NCBI GenBank assembly: GCA_963748625.1
Contig: CAVVJT010000007.1
Location: forward strand, 704,001 to 768,000
Reading direction: 5' to 3'
Source of the DNA: an uncultured Chloroflexia bacterium
GTDB lineage: Bacteria; Chloroflexota; Limnocylindria; Limnocylindrales; CSP1-4
Length of the DNA stretch: 64,000 nucleotides
Position 1 is the first letter of the stretch, and each line of letters starts with the position of its first letter. Made by a program: the position numbers and the translations under genes. Shown piece by piece: positions 19,558 to 29,663 of this stretch. Under the pieces are notes generated by a model. The model was not told the DNA's origin and did not search any database. It worked only from the letters and a program-made list of their open reading frames with translations.

Positions 19558-20952
19558 TCAGCTGCCGATGGCGCGCTTGTCCTCCGCCAACCGCCCGTCC
19601 TTGAGCGCTGACTTGAAGCGCCGGTAGTCGGCGTCGTTCTGCGCGGCGTACGCCTCCGCGAAGTCCGCCACCGCCCGGTCGAACAGGTCGCTGCCGCCCA
19701 AGTAGCCGGCGATCGCAAGCCGGTCACCCGAGCGCGCGTGGGCGAGCGCCAGCGCCGCGCCGCAGACCCGCAGGTAGAGCGTCAGGCCCGAACGGTGGGA
19801 GCGCTCGACGTCCATCGACCACTTCATGTCGGCCAGCTGGCGCACGTACAGGTCGCGCCCGTCAGCGTCGGTCGCCCAGCCCAGGAAGATGTCGCTGGCC
19901 GCCTGCATGAGCCGCTGCCCGGCAACCACGCGGTGCCCGTGCTGCGCGAGCACGCGACCCCCCGTGTAGGGGGCGAGTACGGAGGCCCTGGCCTCCTTGA
20001 GCTGCAGGAACAGCGGGTCGTCGTCGTCACGGCCCTGGAGCAGGACCGCGTATGCGGCCAGACCCACGCTGCCCACCCCGACAACCTTGCGCGCCGTGTC
20101 CACGAGGCGGTAGCGGCCGTAGAGCTCCTTCTGGTCGTCGCGCAGCGAGGCCGCATAGGCCTTCATCACCTTGTGCAGCACCTTCGTCTCGTCCGGGTCC
20201 GAGGTGCGCACCAGGAGCGGCGGGTGGCTCAGGAACCGGCGCTCGCCGCCTTCGACCGTGGTCAGCTTGCGGAAGTTGTGGATGCTGTCGGCCGCCGCGG
20301 CGACCGCCACGAGCCCCTCGAGGCGCTTGCGGAGGGCGCGCGTGGTGGCCTGGTCGAACAGCGACTCCACCTCGAGGCGCGCGTACCAGGCGTCGAGATC
20401 GGAGGCACCCGCGAGGGCGAGCATGCGCTCCCGATAGCCGGCCATGGCGGCGAGGACCAGATCGCGGGCGCCAGTCCTCCCGTAGCCGATCCCTCGGGCG
20501 CCCACCACGATGCTCGCCGCGAGCCGCTTGAGGTCCCACTCCCACGGCCCGGGATGCGTCTCGTCGAAGTCGTTGACGTCGAACACGAGGCGCCGGTCCG
20601 GCGCTGCGTACACGCCGAAGTTGAGCAGGTGGGCGTCGCCGCACAGCTGGGCGGTGATCCCGCTGGACGGGGTGCTGGCGAGGTCCGCGGCCATGATCGC
20701 GGCGGCGCCGCGGTAGAAGGTGAACGGGGACACTCGCATCCGGGCGTGGCGGATCGGGACCAGGTCCGGGATCCGCTCACGGGCCTGCTCGGCAAGGATC
20801 TCGACGGGGTCCCGACGATCTGCGGGTGCCATCCAGCCGCCGTGGCCCGAGCGCGCCGCGCTGGTGCGGGCGGCGCGGCCCGCCGCAAGGCGCTCGGCGA
20901 CGGTCTGCTGCGGGCTCGGCGCGGCCTCGGCCGACATGCCTGTCCTGGCCAT
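19558..20952 (-). CDS. DUF2252 family protein, paralog 1
   Basis: SPFTFYRG, CGDAHLLNFG, FDVNDFDET, WEWDLKRL, KVVGVGSVG, LQLKEA. Confidence 0.9.
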   Translation of the reverse strand: MARTGMSAEAAPSPQQTVAERLAAGRAARTSAARSGHGGWMAPADRRDPVEILAEQARERIPDLVPIRHARMRVSPFTFYRGAAAIMAADLASTPSSGITAQLCGDAHLLNFGVYAAPDRRLVFDVNDFDETHPGPWEWDLKRLAASIVVGARGIGYGRTGARDLVLAAMAGYRERMLALAGASDLDAWYARLEVESLFDQATTRALRKRLEGLVAVAAAADSIHNFRKLTTVEGGERRFLSHPPLLVRTSDPDETKVLHKVMKAYAASLRDDQKELYGRYRLVDTARKVVGVGSVGLAAYAVLLQGRDDDDPLFLQLKEARASVLAPYTGGRVLAQHGHRVVAGQRLMQAASDIFLGWATDADGRDLYVRQLADMKWSMDVERSHRSGLTLYLRVCGAALALAHARSGDRLAIAGYLGGSDLFDRAVADFAEAYAAQNDADYRRFKSALKDGRLAEDKRAIGS

Positions 20953-21036
20953 GAAATCCTCCCACTGGTGGCTACCGGTATGGTGCTCCGCCGGGGCTCA
21001 TCCCGCTCACGCATTCCCGCTCCCCCATGACGGGCG

Positions 21037-22455
21037 ATGCGCCCACCCCGTACGCTTGGCTTCGTGCACGCCCCCCTGACCGCTGGCCCGTACTCGGGCC
21101 CGCCGGCCTTCCACCTGCTCGCCAAGCCGACCGGCGCGACCTGCAACCTCGACTGCGCCTACTGCTTCTTCCTGTCCAAGGAGATGCTCTATCCGGGCTC
21201 CCGCTTCCGCATGGCCGACGAGATGCTGGAGCAGTACATCCGCCAGCTGATCGAGGCGCACCGCGTCCCACACGTGAGCATCGCCTGGCAGGGCGGCGAG
21301 CCCACGATGATGGGCGTGGACTTCTTCCGCCGCTCCGTGGAGCTGGTCGAGAAGCACCGGCGTCCGGGCATGACGGTCGAGTACACGATCCAGACGAACG
21401 GCACCCTGATCGACGACGAGCTGGCCGCCTTCTTCAAGCAGCACGACTTCCTGGTCGGGCTGTCGGTGGACGGGCCGGCGGCGATGCACGACGCCTACCG
21501 CGTGGACCGTGGCGGCGCGCCCACGTTCGACCGGGTCATGCGCGGCCTGCGCCACCTCCAGGACCACGGCGTGGAGTTCAACACGCTCACCACGCTGCAC
21601 CACGCGAATGCAGACCACCCGGTCGAGGTCTACCGGTTCCTGCGCGACGAGCTGGGCTCGCGGTTCATGCAGTTCATCCCGATCGTGGAACGGCTGCCGG
21701 CGCCGCGGATCGACGTGCCCCTCGAGGAGCTTGGCCTGTCCGCGGGCATGGCGCAGCGCGCGCCGTGGCAGTCGTGGCGGGACCGCCCGCTCTACCGCCA
21801 GGAGGGCTCGCTCGTCACCGACCGCTCCGTCACGGCGGACCAGTACGGGTCCTTCCTGGTGGGCGTCTTCGAGGAATGGGTCCGCCGGGATGTCGGCGAG
21901 GTCTTCGTGCAGATGTTCGACACGGCGCTCGCCTCGTGGGCGGGCGAGCCGCAATCGCTGTGCATCTTCGCCGAGACGTGCGGCGGCGCCCTGGCCCTGG
22001 AGCACAACGGCGACCTGTACTCCTGCGACCACTTCGTCGAGGAGGCGCACAAGCTTGGCAACATCGCGGACACACCGATGGCGGAGTTGGTGGCCTCGGA
22101 GCAGCAGGTCGCCTTCGGCCTCGCCAAGCGCGACACCCTGCCCGCGTTCTGCCGCTCGTGTGACGTGCGGTTCGCGTGCAACGGCGGCTGCCCGAAGGAC
22201 CGCTTCATCCACGCGCCCGACGGCGAGCCCGGCCTCAACTACCTGTGCGCTGGCTACAAGGCCTTCTTCCACCACGTCGACGGGCCGATGCGCTTCATGG
22301 CCGAGCAGCTCCGGCGCGGCCTGCCGCCGTCCGACATCGTGCAGCTCTACGCCCAGCGCGATGCCGCCGCTCGCGAGGCTGCCCGGCGCCTGGGCCGCAA
22401 CGATCCGTGCCCGTGCGGCAGCGGACGCAAGGTGAAGCACTGCCACGGGGCCTGA
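21037..22455 (+). CDS. Anaerobic sulfatase-maturating radical SAM/SPASM enzyme with C-terminal SEC-C motif
   Basis: AKPTGATCNLDCAYC, WQGGEPT, YSCDHFV, CNGGCPKDR, GRNDPCPCGSGRKVKHCHG; start may instead be GTG 21064. Confidence 0.93.
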   Translation: MRPPRTLGFVHAPLTAGPYSGPPAFHLLAKPTGATCNLDCAYCFFLSKEMLYPGSRFRMADEMLEQYIRQLIEAHRVPHVSIAWQGGEPTMMGVDFFRRSVELVEKHRRPGMTVEYTIQTNGTLIDDELAAFFKQHDFLVGLSVDGPAAMHDAYRVDRGGAPTFDRVMRGLRHLQDHGVEFNTLTTLHHANADHPVEVYRFLRDELGSRFMQFIPIVERLPAPRIDVPLEELGLSAGMAQRAPWQSWRDRPLYRQEGSLVTDRSVTADQYGSFLVGVFEEWVRRDVGEVFVQMFDTALASWAGEPQSLCIFAETCGGALALEHNGDLYSCDHFVEEAHKLGNIADTPMAELVASEQQVAFGLAKRDTLPAFCRSCDVRFACNGGCPKDRFIHAPDGEPGLNYLCAGYKAFFHHVDGPMRFMAEQLRRGLPPSDIVQLYAQRDAAAREAARRLGRNDPCPCGSGRKVKHCHGA

Positions 22456-22545
22456 TGACCTGACGCGCCCGGGACATGGAACGGCCGCCACCGGGTCCGA
22501 GTCACCCGGCAGCGGCCGCAGATTGCACCGTGGAAGAACGAGGGG

Positions 22546-25452
22546 CTACCCGGCGGCGCCGGCGCCCACCGCTGCGTGCTGGTTGCTCTGGTGGAGCGCG
22601 AGCTCGTCCTCGAGCGACATCGGGCGGAGGTCGAAGACCACCGTCCGGAGCGTGCCCGTGAACGCGTACGGGGCCTTGTCGGCGTAGTCCTCGTCCACGA
22701 CCCCGCCGTTGTCGCGGCCCATGTCCATGCCGGCATACGTGGTGAACAGCATCGCGCAGGTGTGGTCCAGCCTGCCCTCGCCGATCACCTCCTCGTTGGC
22801 CAGCAGCGTGACGCGCCCGCCGGCGCCCGGCTTCGGCTCGTCCATCTCGAACAGCATCTTCACCAGCACGTCGCCGGTGGGGATGGGGGTGTCCGAGACC
22901 TGCTTGTACGTCTCCACGCCCAGGAACTGGTACGTGTGGACGAGGTGGCCGCGCTCGTCCACCCAGAGCGAGAACCCACCGATGAAGTCCGCGAAGGCGC
23001 ACAGGACGCCCTCGGCGCCACCCTCGGGCACGTGGAGGTCGGCCTCGATGGAGTAGGACCGCCCGTAGATGCGGGGAATGACGGTCGTCGACACGTTCTG
23101 CACGTCGCCGTGGAAGGTGAACCGGGTGGTCGTGGGCATCGGCGGCAGGATCCCGAAGAAGGCCGCCATGCCACCGAGGATCGGCAGGGCCTTGTTGCGC
23201 CCGGCCTCCGCGTAGAAGAGCTCCTTGAGCTCCGCGAGCTTCGCAGGGTTGTCCGCCGCAAGGTTGCGGGCCTGGCTGAAGTCGTCGGGGAGGAAGTAGA
23301 GCTCCCAGTCGTCCTTGTCGGGATCCCAACCGGAGCCCGGCTTGAACCGGGCGAGGGTTGCCGGCGAGAAGTCCCACGGCAGCTTGTCCAGCCTGGCGCA
23401 GGCCCACCAGCCGTCCTTGTAGATGGCACGGGACCCGTACATCTCGAAGTACTGGACCGTGTGCCGTTCCTCGGCCGACGGCTCGTCGATCGTGTACGTG
23501 AACGGGGTGCCGTCCATCGGCTCCTGCGCGATCCCGTCCACCTGCTTGGGCTCCGGGATGCCCACCAGTTCCAGGATCGTGGGGGCCACGTCGATGCAGT
23601 GGGTGAACTGGTCACGCACCGCACCGCCGGCCGGGATGTGCCCGGGCCAGGCCATGACCATCGGATCTCGGGCGCCGCCGAGGTGGCTGGCCATCTGCTT
23701 GCCCCACTGGAAGGGCGTGTTCTGGGCGTGTGCCCAGGCAGCCGCGAAGTGCGGGGCGGAATGCTCGCCGCCCAGGCCCTCGAGGCCGCCGAACTTCTCG
23801 ATCAGGGCCAGCTGCTGCTCGGCGTCGAGGACGAGGCCGTTGAAGAACGTGGTCTCGTTGAAGGACCCGGTGATCGTGCCCTCCATCGACGCCCCGTTGT
23901 CGCCCCAGATGTAGAGCACGAGCGTGTTCTCGAGCTCGCCCATCTCGTCGACGGCGTCGAGCAGGCGCCCGATGTTCCAGTCCGTGTTCTCGGAGAAGCC
24001 GGCGAATACCTCCATCTGGCGGGCATACAGCTTCTTCTCGGCGTCGTTGAGGCTGTCCCAGGCGGGGTAGGGTGCGGGCCGCGGCGCGAGATCGGTGTCC
24101 TGGGGAACGATCCCAAGGGCCTTCTGGCGGGCAATCGTCCGCTCGCGGTAGGCGTCCCAGCCGTCGTCGAACTGGCCCTTGTACTTGTCTGCCCACTCCT
24201 TCGCGACGTGGTGCGGCGCATGGGTCGCCCCGGTCGAGTAGTACATGAACCACGGCTTGTGGGCGTCATGCGCGCGGACGCTGTGGAGCCATTCCACCGA
24301 CTTGTCGGTGATGTCGTCAGGGAAGTAGTAGAGCTTGCCGTCCTTGCCCGCGGGCACGCCGATGGCGGTGTTGTCCTGGACGATGACCGGGTCGTACTGG
24401 CCCGCCGCACCGGTCAGGAACCCCCACCAGTGATCGAAGCCCCAGGCCTGCGGCCAGTACTGGAACGGTCCGGACGGACCCATCGCCCGGCCGGGCGTCA
24501 TGTGCCACTTGCCGAAGCCGCCGGTGACGTACCCGTTCTCCTTGAGGATCTTGGGCAGCGGTGCGGTGGTGCGCGGGAGCTGGCCGGTATAGCCCGGGAA
24601 CGGGCCCGGGAACTCCGCGATGCCGCCCATGCCCACACGATGGTGGTTGCGCCCCGTGAGGAGCGCGGCGCGGGTGGGCGAGCAGACGGCCGTGACGTGG
24701 AAGCGGTTGTAGGTGAGGCCCATCTGCTGGACCCGGGTCAGGCTGGGCGTGCGGATGTCGCCGCCGAAGGTGTCCGGCCCGCCGAAGCCCGCGTCGTCCA
24801 CGAGCACGATCAGCACGTTGGGCGCGCCCTCAGGGGGCTTCGCGCCGGGGATCATCGACCAGTCGGCGACGGAGGTGTCCATCGTCCGGCCGATGCTGCC
24901 GCCGAAGGTCCGGTCCGGGATCGGCAGGACAGTGCGGTCAGGCTGGAACTTGCCCATCGCCTCGGCGAGGGAGTCCTTGAGCGCAAGCGAGCTGCCCTTG
25001 CCGGTCTCCACCACGGACCGCCCGAGGGCGCCGCCGAGGGCCTGCTGGATCGCGAACGCCTGGTCCTCGTCGAACATCGCGATGACGACGGCCGATCCGG
25101 GCGGCAGCGCCTTGCCCAGCTTGTCCTCGAGCCCAGTCTCCAGGCGCTTGCTGGCGAACTTGCCCATGAGGCCGCCCGCGGCCGCGCCCACGACGGTGGC
25201 AGCGAGCAGCGGCGGTGCCGCAAGGCCCACGAGGACGCCGACGCTGCCACCCCACCCTGCGCCCTTGCGGCCGAGGTGGTCGGCGGTCTGGCGGACGACG
25301 ACCTTGCCCTCTGCGTCGTGGGTGACGAGGATCGCGGCCTCGGCCTTGATCTCCTTCTTCGCGATCCGGGCGGCGAGGGCGTCGAACTCCCCGGTCGCCT
25401 TGTCCAGGTCCGGGTAGACCGCGACCAGGACCTGGGTTGCCGTGTCGGCCAT
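22546..25452 (-). CDS. Cys-type arylsulfatase with N-terminal DUF1269-like domain
   Basis: PNVLIVLVDD, CSPTRAALLTGRNHH, GKWH, HAPHH, GDNG; first 170 aa or so resemble DUF1269. Confidence 0.92.
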   Translation of the reverse strand: MADTATQVLVAVYPDLDKATGEFDALAARIAKKEIKAEAAILVTHDAEGKVVVRQTADHLGRKGAGWGGSVGVLVGLAAPPLLAATVVGAAAGGLMGKFASKRLETGLEDKLGKALPPGSAVVIAMFDEDQAFAIQQALGGALGRSVVETGKGSSLALKDSLAEAMGKFQPDRTVLPIPDRTFGGSIGRTMDTSVADWSMIPGAKPPEGAPNVLIVLVDDAGFGGPDTFGGDIRTPSLTRVQQMGLTYNRFHVTAVCSPTRAALLTGRNHHRVGMGGIAEFPGPFPGYTGQLPRTTAPLPKILKENGYVTGGFGKWHMTPGRAMGPSGPFQYWPQAWGFDHWWGFLTGAAGQYDPVIVQDNTAIGVPAGKDGKLYYFPDDITDKSVEWLHSVRAHDAHKPWFMYYSTGATHAPHHVAKEWADKYKGQFDDGWDAYRERTIARQKALGIVPQDTDLAPRPAPYPAWDSLNDAEKKLYARQMEVFAGFSENTDWNIGRLLDAVDEMGELENTLVLYIWGDNGASMEGTITGSFNETTFFNGLVLDAEQQLALIEKFGGLEGLGGEHSAPHFAAAWAHAQNTPFQWGKQMASHLGGARDPMVMAWPGHIPAGGAVRDQFTHCIDVAPTILELVGIPEPKQVDGIAQEPMDGTPFTYTIDEPSAEERHTVQYFEMYGSRAIYKDGWWACARLDKLPWDFSPATLARFKPGSGWDPDKDDWELYFLPDDFSQARNLAADNPAKLAELKELFYAEAGRNKALPILGGMAAFFGILPPMPTTTRFTFHGDVQNVSTTVIPRIYGRSYSIEADLHVPEGGAEGVLCAFADFIGGFSLWVDERGHLVHTYQFLGVETYKQVSDTPIPTGDVLVKMLFEMDEPKPGAGGRVTLLANEEVIGEGRLDHTCAMLFTTYAGMDMGRDNGGVVDEDYADKAPYAFTGTLRTVVFDLRPMSLEDELALHQSNQHAAVGAGAAG

Positions 25453-25516
25453 GTGTCGTGCTCCCTTGTCGGGCTGCGTCGGCGGCGATTGCGGATACGC
25501 GCGGCGGTTTGCGGAC

Positions 25517-25561
25517 AGGACAACAGGCGCGGTGGCGCCCGGCATCACCCCATCAGTGTGA
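25517..25561 (-). promoter_or_regulatory. Candidate activator box, site 4
   Basis: TCACCC-CATCA-GTGTGA at 25545-25561; weak -10 TGTCCT 22 bp away. Confidence 0.55.
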
Positions 25562-25589
25562 ACCAGCCCGCGACCGGATGCTCGCCCGG

Positions 25590-26428
25590 TCAGGCCTCCT
25601 GCAGCCGGAGGACGCGCAGGAGGCGGGCGACCTCGGTCGCGGTGGCCGCGCGCGCGGGCGCAAGGTACTTGCGCGGGTCGCTGGAGTCCGTGGCGGCCAG
25701 GCGCTCTCGCACGATGGCGGTGAAGACCCCGTTGAGATGGGTGGCGATGTTGACCTTGCTGATGCCGGCGCGGACGGCCTCACGAAGGCCATCGTCCGAG
25801 ACGCCACTGGAGCCGTGCAGGACCAGGGGCACGGGGACGGCTGCGCGCAGCTCGCGCAGGAGCCCGTAGTCCAGGACCGCATCGCGGGTGCGCATCGCGT
25901 GGCTGGTGCCCACGGCGACGGCCAGCGCGTCCACGCCCGTCGCCTCCACGAAGGCGACCGCCTCGTCAGGGTTCGTCCGGGCGCCGGGTGCGTGGACCCC
26001 GTCCTTGCCGCCCACCTCGCCCAGCTCGGCCTCCACGCGGGCGCCGGCGGCATGGGCGCGCGCGACCACCTCGGCGGTCTGGCGCACGTTCTCGTCGTAC
26101 GGGAGGACCGAGGCGTCGAACATGACGGACGGGACACCAAGGTCCGAGTGCCGCGGTAGACGAGGTCCATGGAGGTCGCATGGTCGAGGTGGACGACCAC
26201 CGGGACCGGCGCCTCGGCGGCGAGCGCGAGGGAGGCAGCGGCCATCGGCACGAGGCTGCCGTGGTACGTCACGGTGTTCTCGCTGAGCTGCAGGATCACC
26301 GGGAGCCGGGCATCGACCGCGCCCGCGACGATGGCCTCGGCCAGCTCGAACGGGATCAGGTTGAACGCCCCGACGGCCACGCCGTCGGCGCGGGCCTGGG
26401 CGAGGACGGCGGCGGCATCAACGGGCAT
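25590..26428 (-). CDS. Class II fructose/tagatose-bisphosphate aldolase, frameshifted near 26145
   Basis: VGAFN, HLDH, MFDAS, VEAELG, AVGTSH, LVLHGSSG, KVNIAT; removing two extra G restores RALDLGVPSVMFD. Confidence 0.87.
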
Positions 26429-27440
26429 CGGGTCCTCCTGGGTGCTCCGGCGCGATCGGGCCGCCCGGGGCGGCCGGGGCGGCCGGGACGGGGATGGGAC
26501 GCACGGCCACGAGGTCGCGGAAGCGGCCGTAGGCGTCAGGGTCGAAGCCGCCGGCGAGGGGGTGGAGGACGGCAGCCGCGGAAAGGGCGACGGCGTCGCG
26601 GAGGCAGTCTGGCCAGGCGTCGTGGCGCAGGAGGCCCCGGGCGAGCGCGGCGACCGATGCGTCACCGGCCCCGGTGGGGTTGCCGGCGACCTGTGTGCCC
26701 GCCGGTAGGGCGGCATGCCAGGCCCCGTCGGCGGCGAGGAGGACCATCCCGTCCGCGCCGAGGCTCACGGCGACCGCATCAGCACCCTGGGCGCGGAGCA
26801 TTGCCGCGCGCACGGCCACGTCGGCGAGGTCGACGGGCGTCCCGGGCAGCTGGGCCGGGCCGCCGGTGATCTCGTAGACCTCGTCGCGGTTGGGCTTGAC
26901 GAGGGTGGGGCGGGACGCGAGGGCGGCGCGCACGGCGGCGCCGCTGCCGTCGAGGATGACCGGGGTGCCGGCCGCTCGTGCCCGTCCAACGAGGATCGCC
27001 GAGGCATCGGCAGGGAGGCCACGCGGCTGGCTGCCGGAGAGAACGACGACGTCGGCATCCGCGGCGAGCCGGTCGAAGCGGGCCTGTATCGCGGCCCAGG
27101 CGTCGGCGGTCACGTCCGGGCCGGGTTCGAGGAGGATGGTGACGCGCCCTTCCGGGTCGACGATCGCGACCGTCCGGCGGGTCTCCCCGTCCACCGGCTC
27201 GAGGTCGTGGAGGAGGCCCGCGGCGTCCAGATCGGCTTGGACGGTCGCCCCGGTGGTGCCACCCGCGAAGCCGCTGACAATGACGGGCTCGCCCAGCTGG
27301 TGGAGCACGCGCGCGACATTGACGCCCTTGCCGCCCGCGCGCTGCTCGACCTCCTCCACGCGGACGCTCGTCTCGAGGATGAGGTCACGGACGCGGTAGG
27401 TCACGTCAAGGGCGAGGTTGAGGGTGACGGTGAGGATCAT
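26418..27440 (-). CDS. 1-phosphofructokinase-family (PfkB) hexose phosphate kinase
   Basis: MILTVTLN, AGGKGVNVA, KPNRDE, NPTGAGD. Confidence 0.92.
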   Translation of the reverse strand: MILTVTLNLALDVTYRVRDLILETSVRVEEVEQRAGGKGVNVARVLHQLGEPVIVSGFAGGTTGATVQADLDAAGLLHDLEPVDGETRRTVAIVDPEGRVTILLEPGPDVTADAWAAIQARFDRLAADADVVVLSGSQPRGLPADASAILVGRARAAGTPVILDGSGAAVRAALASRPTLVKPNRDEVYEITGGPAQLPGTPVDLADVAVRAAMLRAQGADAVAVSLGADGMVLLAADGAWHAALPAGTQVAGNPTGAGDASVAALARGLLRHDAWPDCLRDAVALSAAAVLHPLAGGFDPDAYGRFRDLVAVRPIPVPAAPAAPGGPIAPEHPGGPDAR

Positions 27441-27452
27441 GGCTCGCGTGCA

Positions 27453-27466
27453 TGTTACCGGTAACA
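27453..27466. promoter_or_regulatory. LacI-family-like operator palindrome
   Basis: Perfect TGTTACCGGTAACA, 12 bp upstream of the kinase ATG. Confidence 0.75.
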
Positions 27467-27579
27467 GGCAGCGCTCATCAGCCGTCGGCCGCGGGCGGGC
27501 CCAGTAGCAGGAGCGACGCACGGGCAGCGGGCGGCGCACGGGCGGCGGGCAGCGGGCGGCGAGCTGGTCCCGGCGCCAC

Positions 27580-27607
27580 ATCCAGGCGCCTCACAGCCGG
27601 CTCCCAG
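27580..27607 (+). promoter_or_regulatory. Direct-repeat boxes at 11-bp period (OmpR-family-like)
   Basis: ATCCAG-N5-TCACAG-N5-TCCCAG upstream of the ferric reductase-like gene. Confidence 0.45.
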
Positions 27608-27698
27608 ATTCCAGTAACGAAGGCGACAGGTGCCCGCCCGGAGACTCGACGCCGGAACGACGACCGCCCGATCGGCGGACCGCAGCCGGAGACACACC

Positions 27699-29090
27699 AT
27701 GAGCCTCACCGCCAACGCGGGTGCCCGAGCGCGAACCGCGCCACGACGTGGACCGCTGCCCATCCCCTTTGCCTACGAGGGCGTCCGCCCACGCGACATC
27801 GGCCTCGTCATCGCCGGCATCGGCACGCTGGTCGCGGCGATGTGGCTCCGCCACGGCGGCATCGCGAGCACGATCGCCGACCCGCTCGCGGGCATCGGCC
27901 AGCTGACTGCGCTGGGCGGCACGCTCGCGGCGCTGCTGGGGGTGCTGTTCGCCGCCCGGGCACCGTGGCTCGACCAGGTGCTCGGCGCCGATCGCCTGCG
28001 CCGCATCCACCGCTGGCTGGGCTTCTCGGCCGTCTGGGCCATCGGTGCCCACGCCGTCCTGTCCACGCTCGCCTGGGCCGGGGGCTCGCTCAGCGGGGTC
28101 GTCCCCACGCTGGTGGAGATGATCGCCACCGTGCCGGGGATGCTCGGCGCCGTGGTCGGCCTGGCGCTCTTCATCACCGTCGGCATCACGTCGGTGAAGG
28201 CCATCCGCCGGCGAACCTCGTACGAGTCCTTCCACGGCATCCACCTGTACGTCTACCTCGCCCTCGCCTTCGGCTACCTCCACCAGCTGTCGATCGGCAG
28301 CGACTTCGTGGGCGATCCGCTCGCCACCGCCGTCTGGATCAGCCTCTACGTCGCCGCCTTCCTGCCGCTCCTCGTCTACCGCGTGGCCTGGCCCCTGTAC
28401 ACCACGCTCCGCTTCCGGCCGCGGGTCGCCGCGATCGAGCCTGAGGCCGAGGGCGTCTTCAGCCTGGTCGTCGAAGGACGCGGGCTCGACCGCCTGGCGG
28501 TCCGCTCCGGCCAGTTCTTCGTCGTCCGGGCGCTCACCGGGCGGGACTGGATGCACGGCCACCCGTTCAGCATCTCGGCCGCGCCGAACGGCCGCACCCT
28601 GCGCTTCACGATCAAGGAGTTCGGCGAGGGGACGCGCGACCTGCGCCGCCTGGCGCCCGGCACTCCGCTCGTGCTGGAGGGCCCGTACGGCGCCATGCAC
28701 GGCGCACGGCGGACCGGCCGCAAGCTCCTGTTCATCGCCGGCGGCATCGGGATCGCCCCGATCCGCTCCCTGGCCGAGGGCCTGCCGTACGGTCCGGGCG
28801 AGGCCGACCTGATCTACCGCAGCCCGAACGCTCGCCAGACGCCGCTCGGCGCCGAGGTGGACGCGCTCGCGCGCCACCGCGGCATTCGCACCCACTGGCT
28901 CGTTGGCCGACGCGGCGAACCGCACATCGGCACCGACCCGCTCGGGCCGGACAGCGTCGCCCACCTGGTCCCCGACGTCGCCGAGCGCGACATCTACCTC
29001 TGCGGACCCAACGCGCTCATGGAGCGCACGCGTTCGAGCCTGCTCGCCCTTGGCGTGCCGGCCGGCCGCATCAACCTCGAGCTCTTCTAG
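27699..29090 (+). CDS. Ferric reductase-like transmembrane plus FAD/NAD-binding oxidoreductase
   Basis: TM histidines (IHRW, AHA, FHGIH, YLHQ); HPFSIS, EGPYG, AGGIGIAP, YLCGP. Confidence 0.9.
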   Translation: MSLTANAGARARTAPRRGPLPIPFAYEGVRPRDIGLVIAGIGTLVAAMWLRHGGIASTIADPLAGIGQLTALGGTLAALLGVLFAARAPWLDQVLGADRLRRIHRWLGFSAVWAIGAHAVLSTLAWAGGSLSGVVPTLVEMIATVPGMLGAVVGLALFITVGITSVKAIRRRTSYESFHGIHLYVYLALAFGYLHQLSIGSDFVGDPLATAVWISLYVAAFLPLLVYRVAWPLYTTLRFRPRVAAIEPEAEGVFSLVVEGRGLDRLAVRSGQFFVVRALTGRDWMHGHPFSISAAPNGRTLRFTIKEFGEGTRDLRRLAPGTPLVLEGPYGAMHGARRTGRKLLFIAGGIGIAPIRSLAEGLPYGPGEADLIYRSPNARQTPLGAEVDALARHRGIRTHWLVGRRGEPHIGTDPLGPDSVAHLVPDVAERDIYLCGPNALMERTRSSLLALGVPAGRINLELF

Positions 29091-29111
29091 GTCGAAGGGA
29101 GACCCGTTCCC

Positions 29112-29642
29112 ATGCGCGCATCCAAACCCCTTGCCGCCCTCGCCCTGACCGCCGCCGGTTCGGCGCTCGTCGTCGGGTTCCAGGTTCCACCCACCGGCGC
29201 CGCCACCGTGACGGACACCGCGACGACGTCCGGCTCCACGTCGAGCTCCGGCTCCACGACGACGGAGTCCGGTTCGACCGCCACGGAGTCGGGTTCGACG
29301 ACGACCGAGTCGGGTTCGACAACGACCGCGATCGCCACCTCCCCGTACGCCGACGGCACCTACCTCGGCGCGGCCGTGAACGAGCCGTGGGGCACCTTCC
29401 AGGTGCAGGCCACGGTCAGCGGCGGCCAGCTCGTGGACGTCACCATCGTCGCCGCGCCCACCGACAGCCACAGCAGCAGGATCAACAACAGGGCGATCCC
29501 GACCCTGACGTCGGCGGCGCTGGCCTCCCAGGACGCCGCTGTGGACGTGATCAGCGGCGCGACCTGGACCTCCGAGTCCTACGCGACATCGCTGCAGGCC
29601 GCGCTCGACACCGCGGAGGCCGCCCTGGACGCGGCCGCCTGA
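29112..29642 (+). CDS. Exported FMN-binding domain protein with S/T-rich linker
   Basis: Signal-like N-terminus, GSTTTES repeats, DVISGATWTS flavinylation motif. Confidence 0.88.
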   Translation: MRASKPLAALALTAAGSALVVGFQVPPTGAATVTDTATTSGSTSSSGSTTTESGSTATESGSTTTESGSTTTAIATSPYADGTYLGAAVNEPWGTFQVQATVSGGQLVDVTIVAAPTDSHSSRINNRAIPTLTSAALASQDAAVDVISGATWTSESYATSLQAALDTAEAALDAAA

Positions 29643-29663
29643 CGCTCGGCCGCCACCGGCCGG

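Noticed and set aside
18530-19727. ORFs with ARVAPG or PPGLAW peptide repeats
   Set aside because: Translations of the DNA tandem repeats; open in several frames, with no RBS
22576-25869. 1097-aa plus-strand ORF and similar long antisense ORFs
   Set aside because: Shadow frames of GC-rich genes with no recognisable motifs
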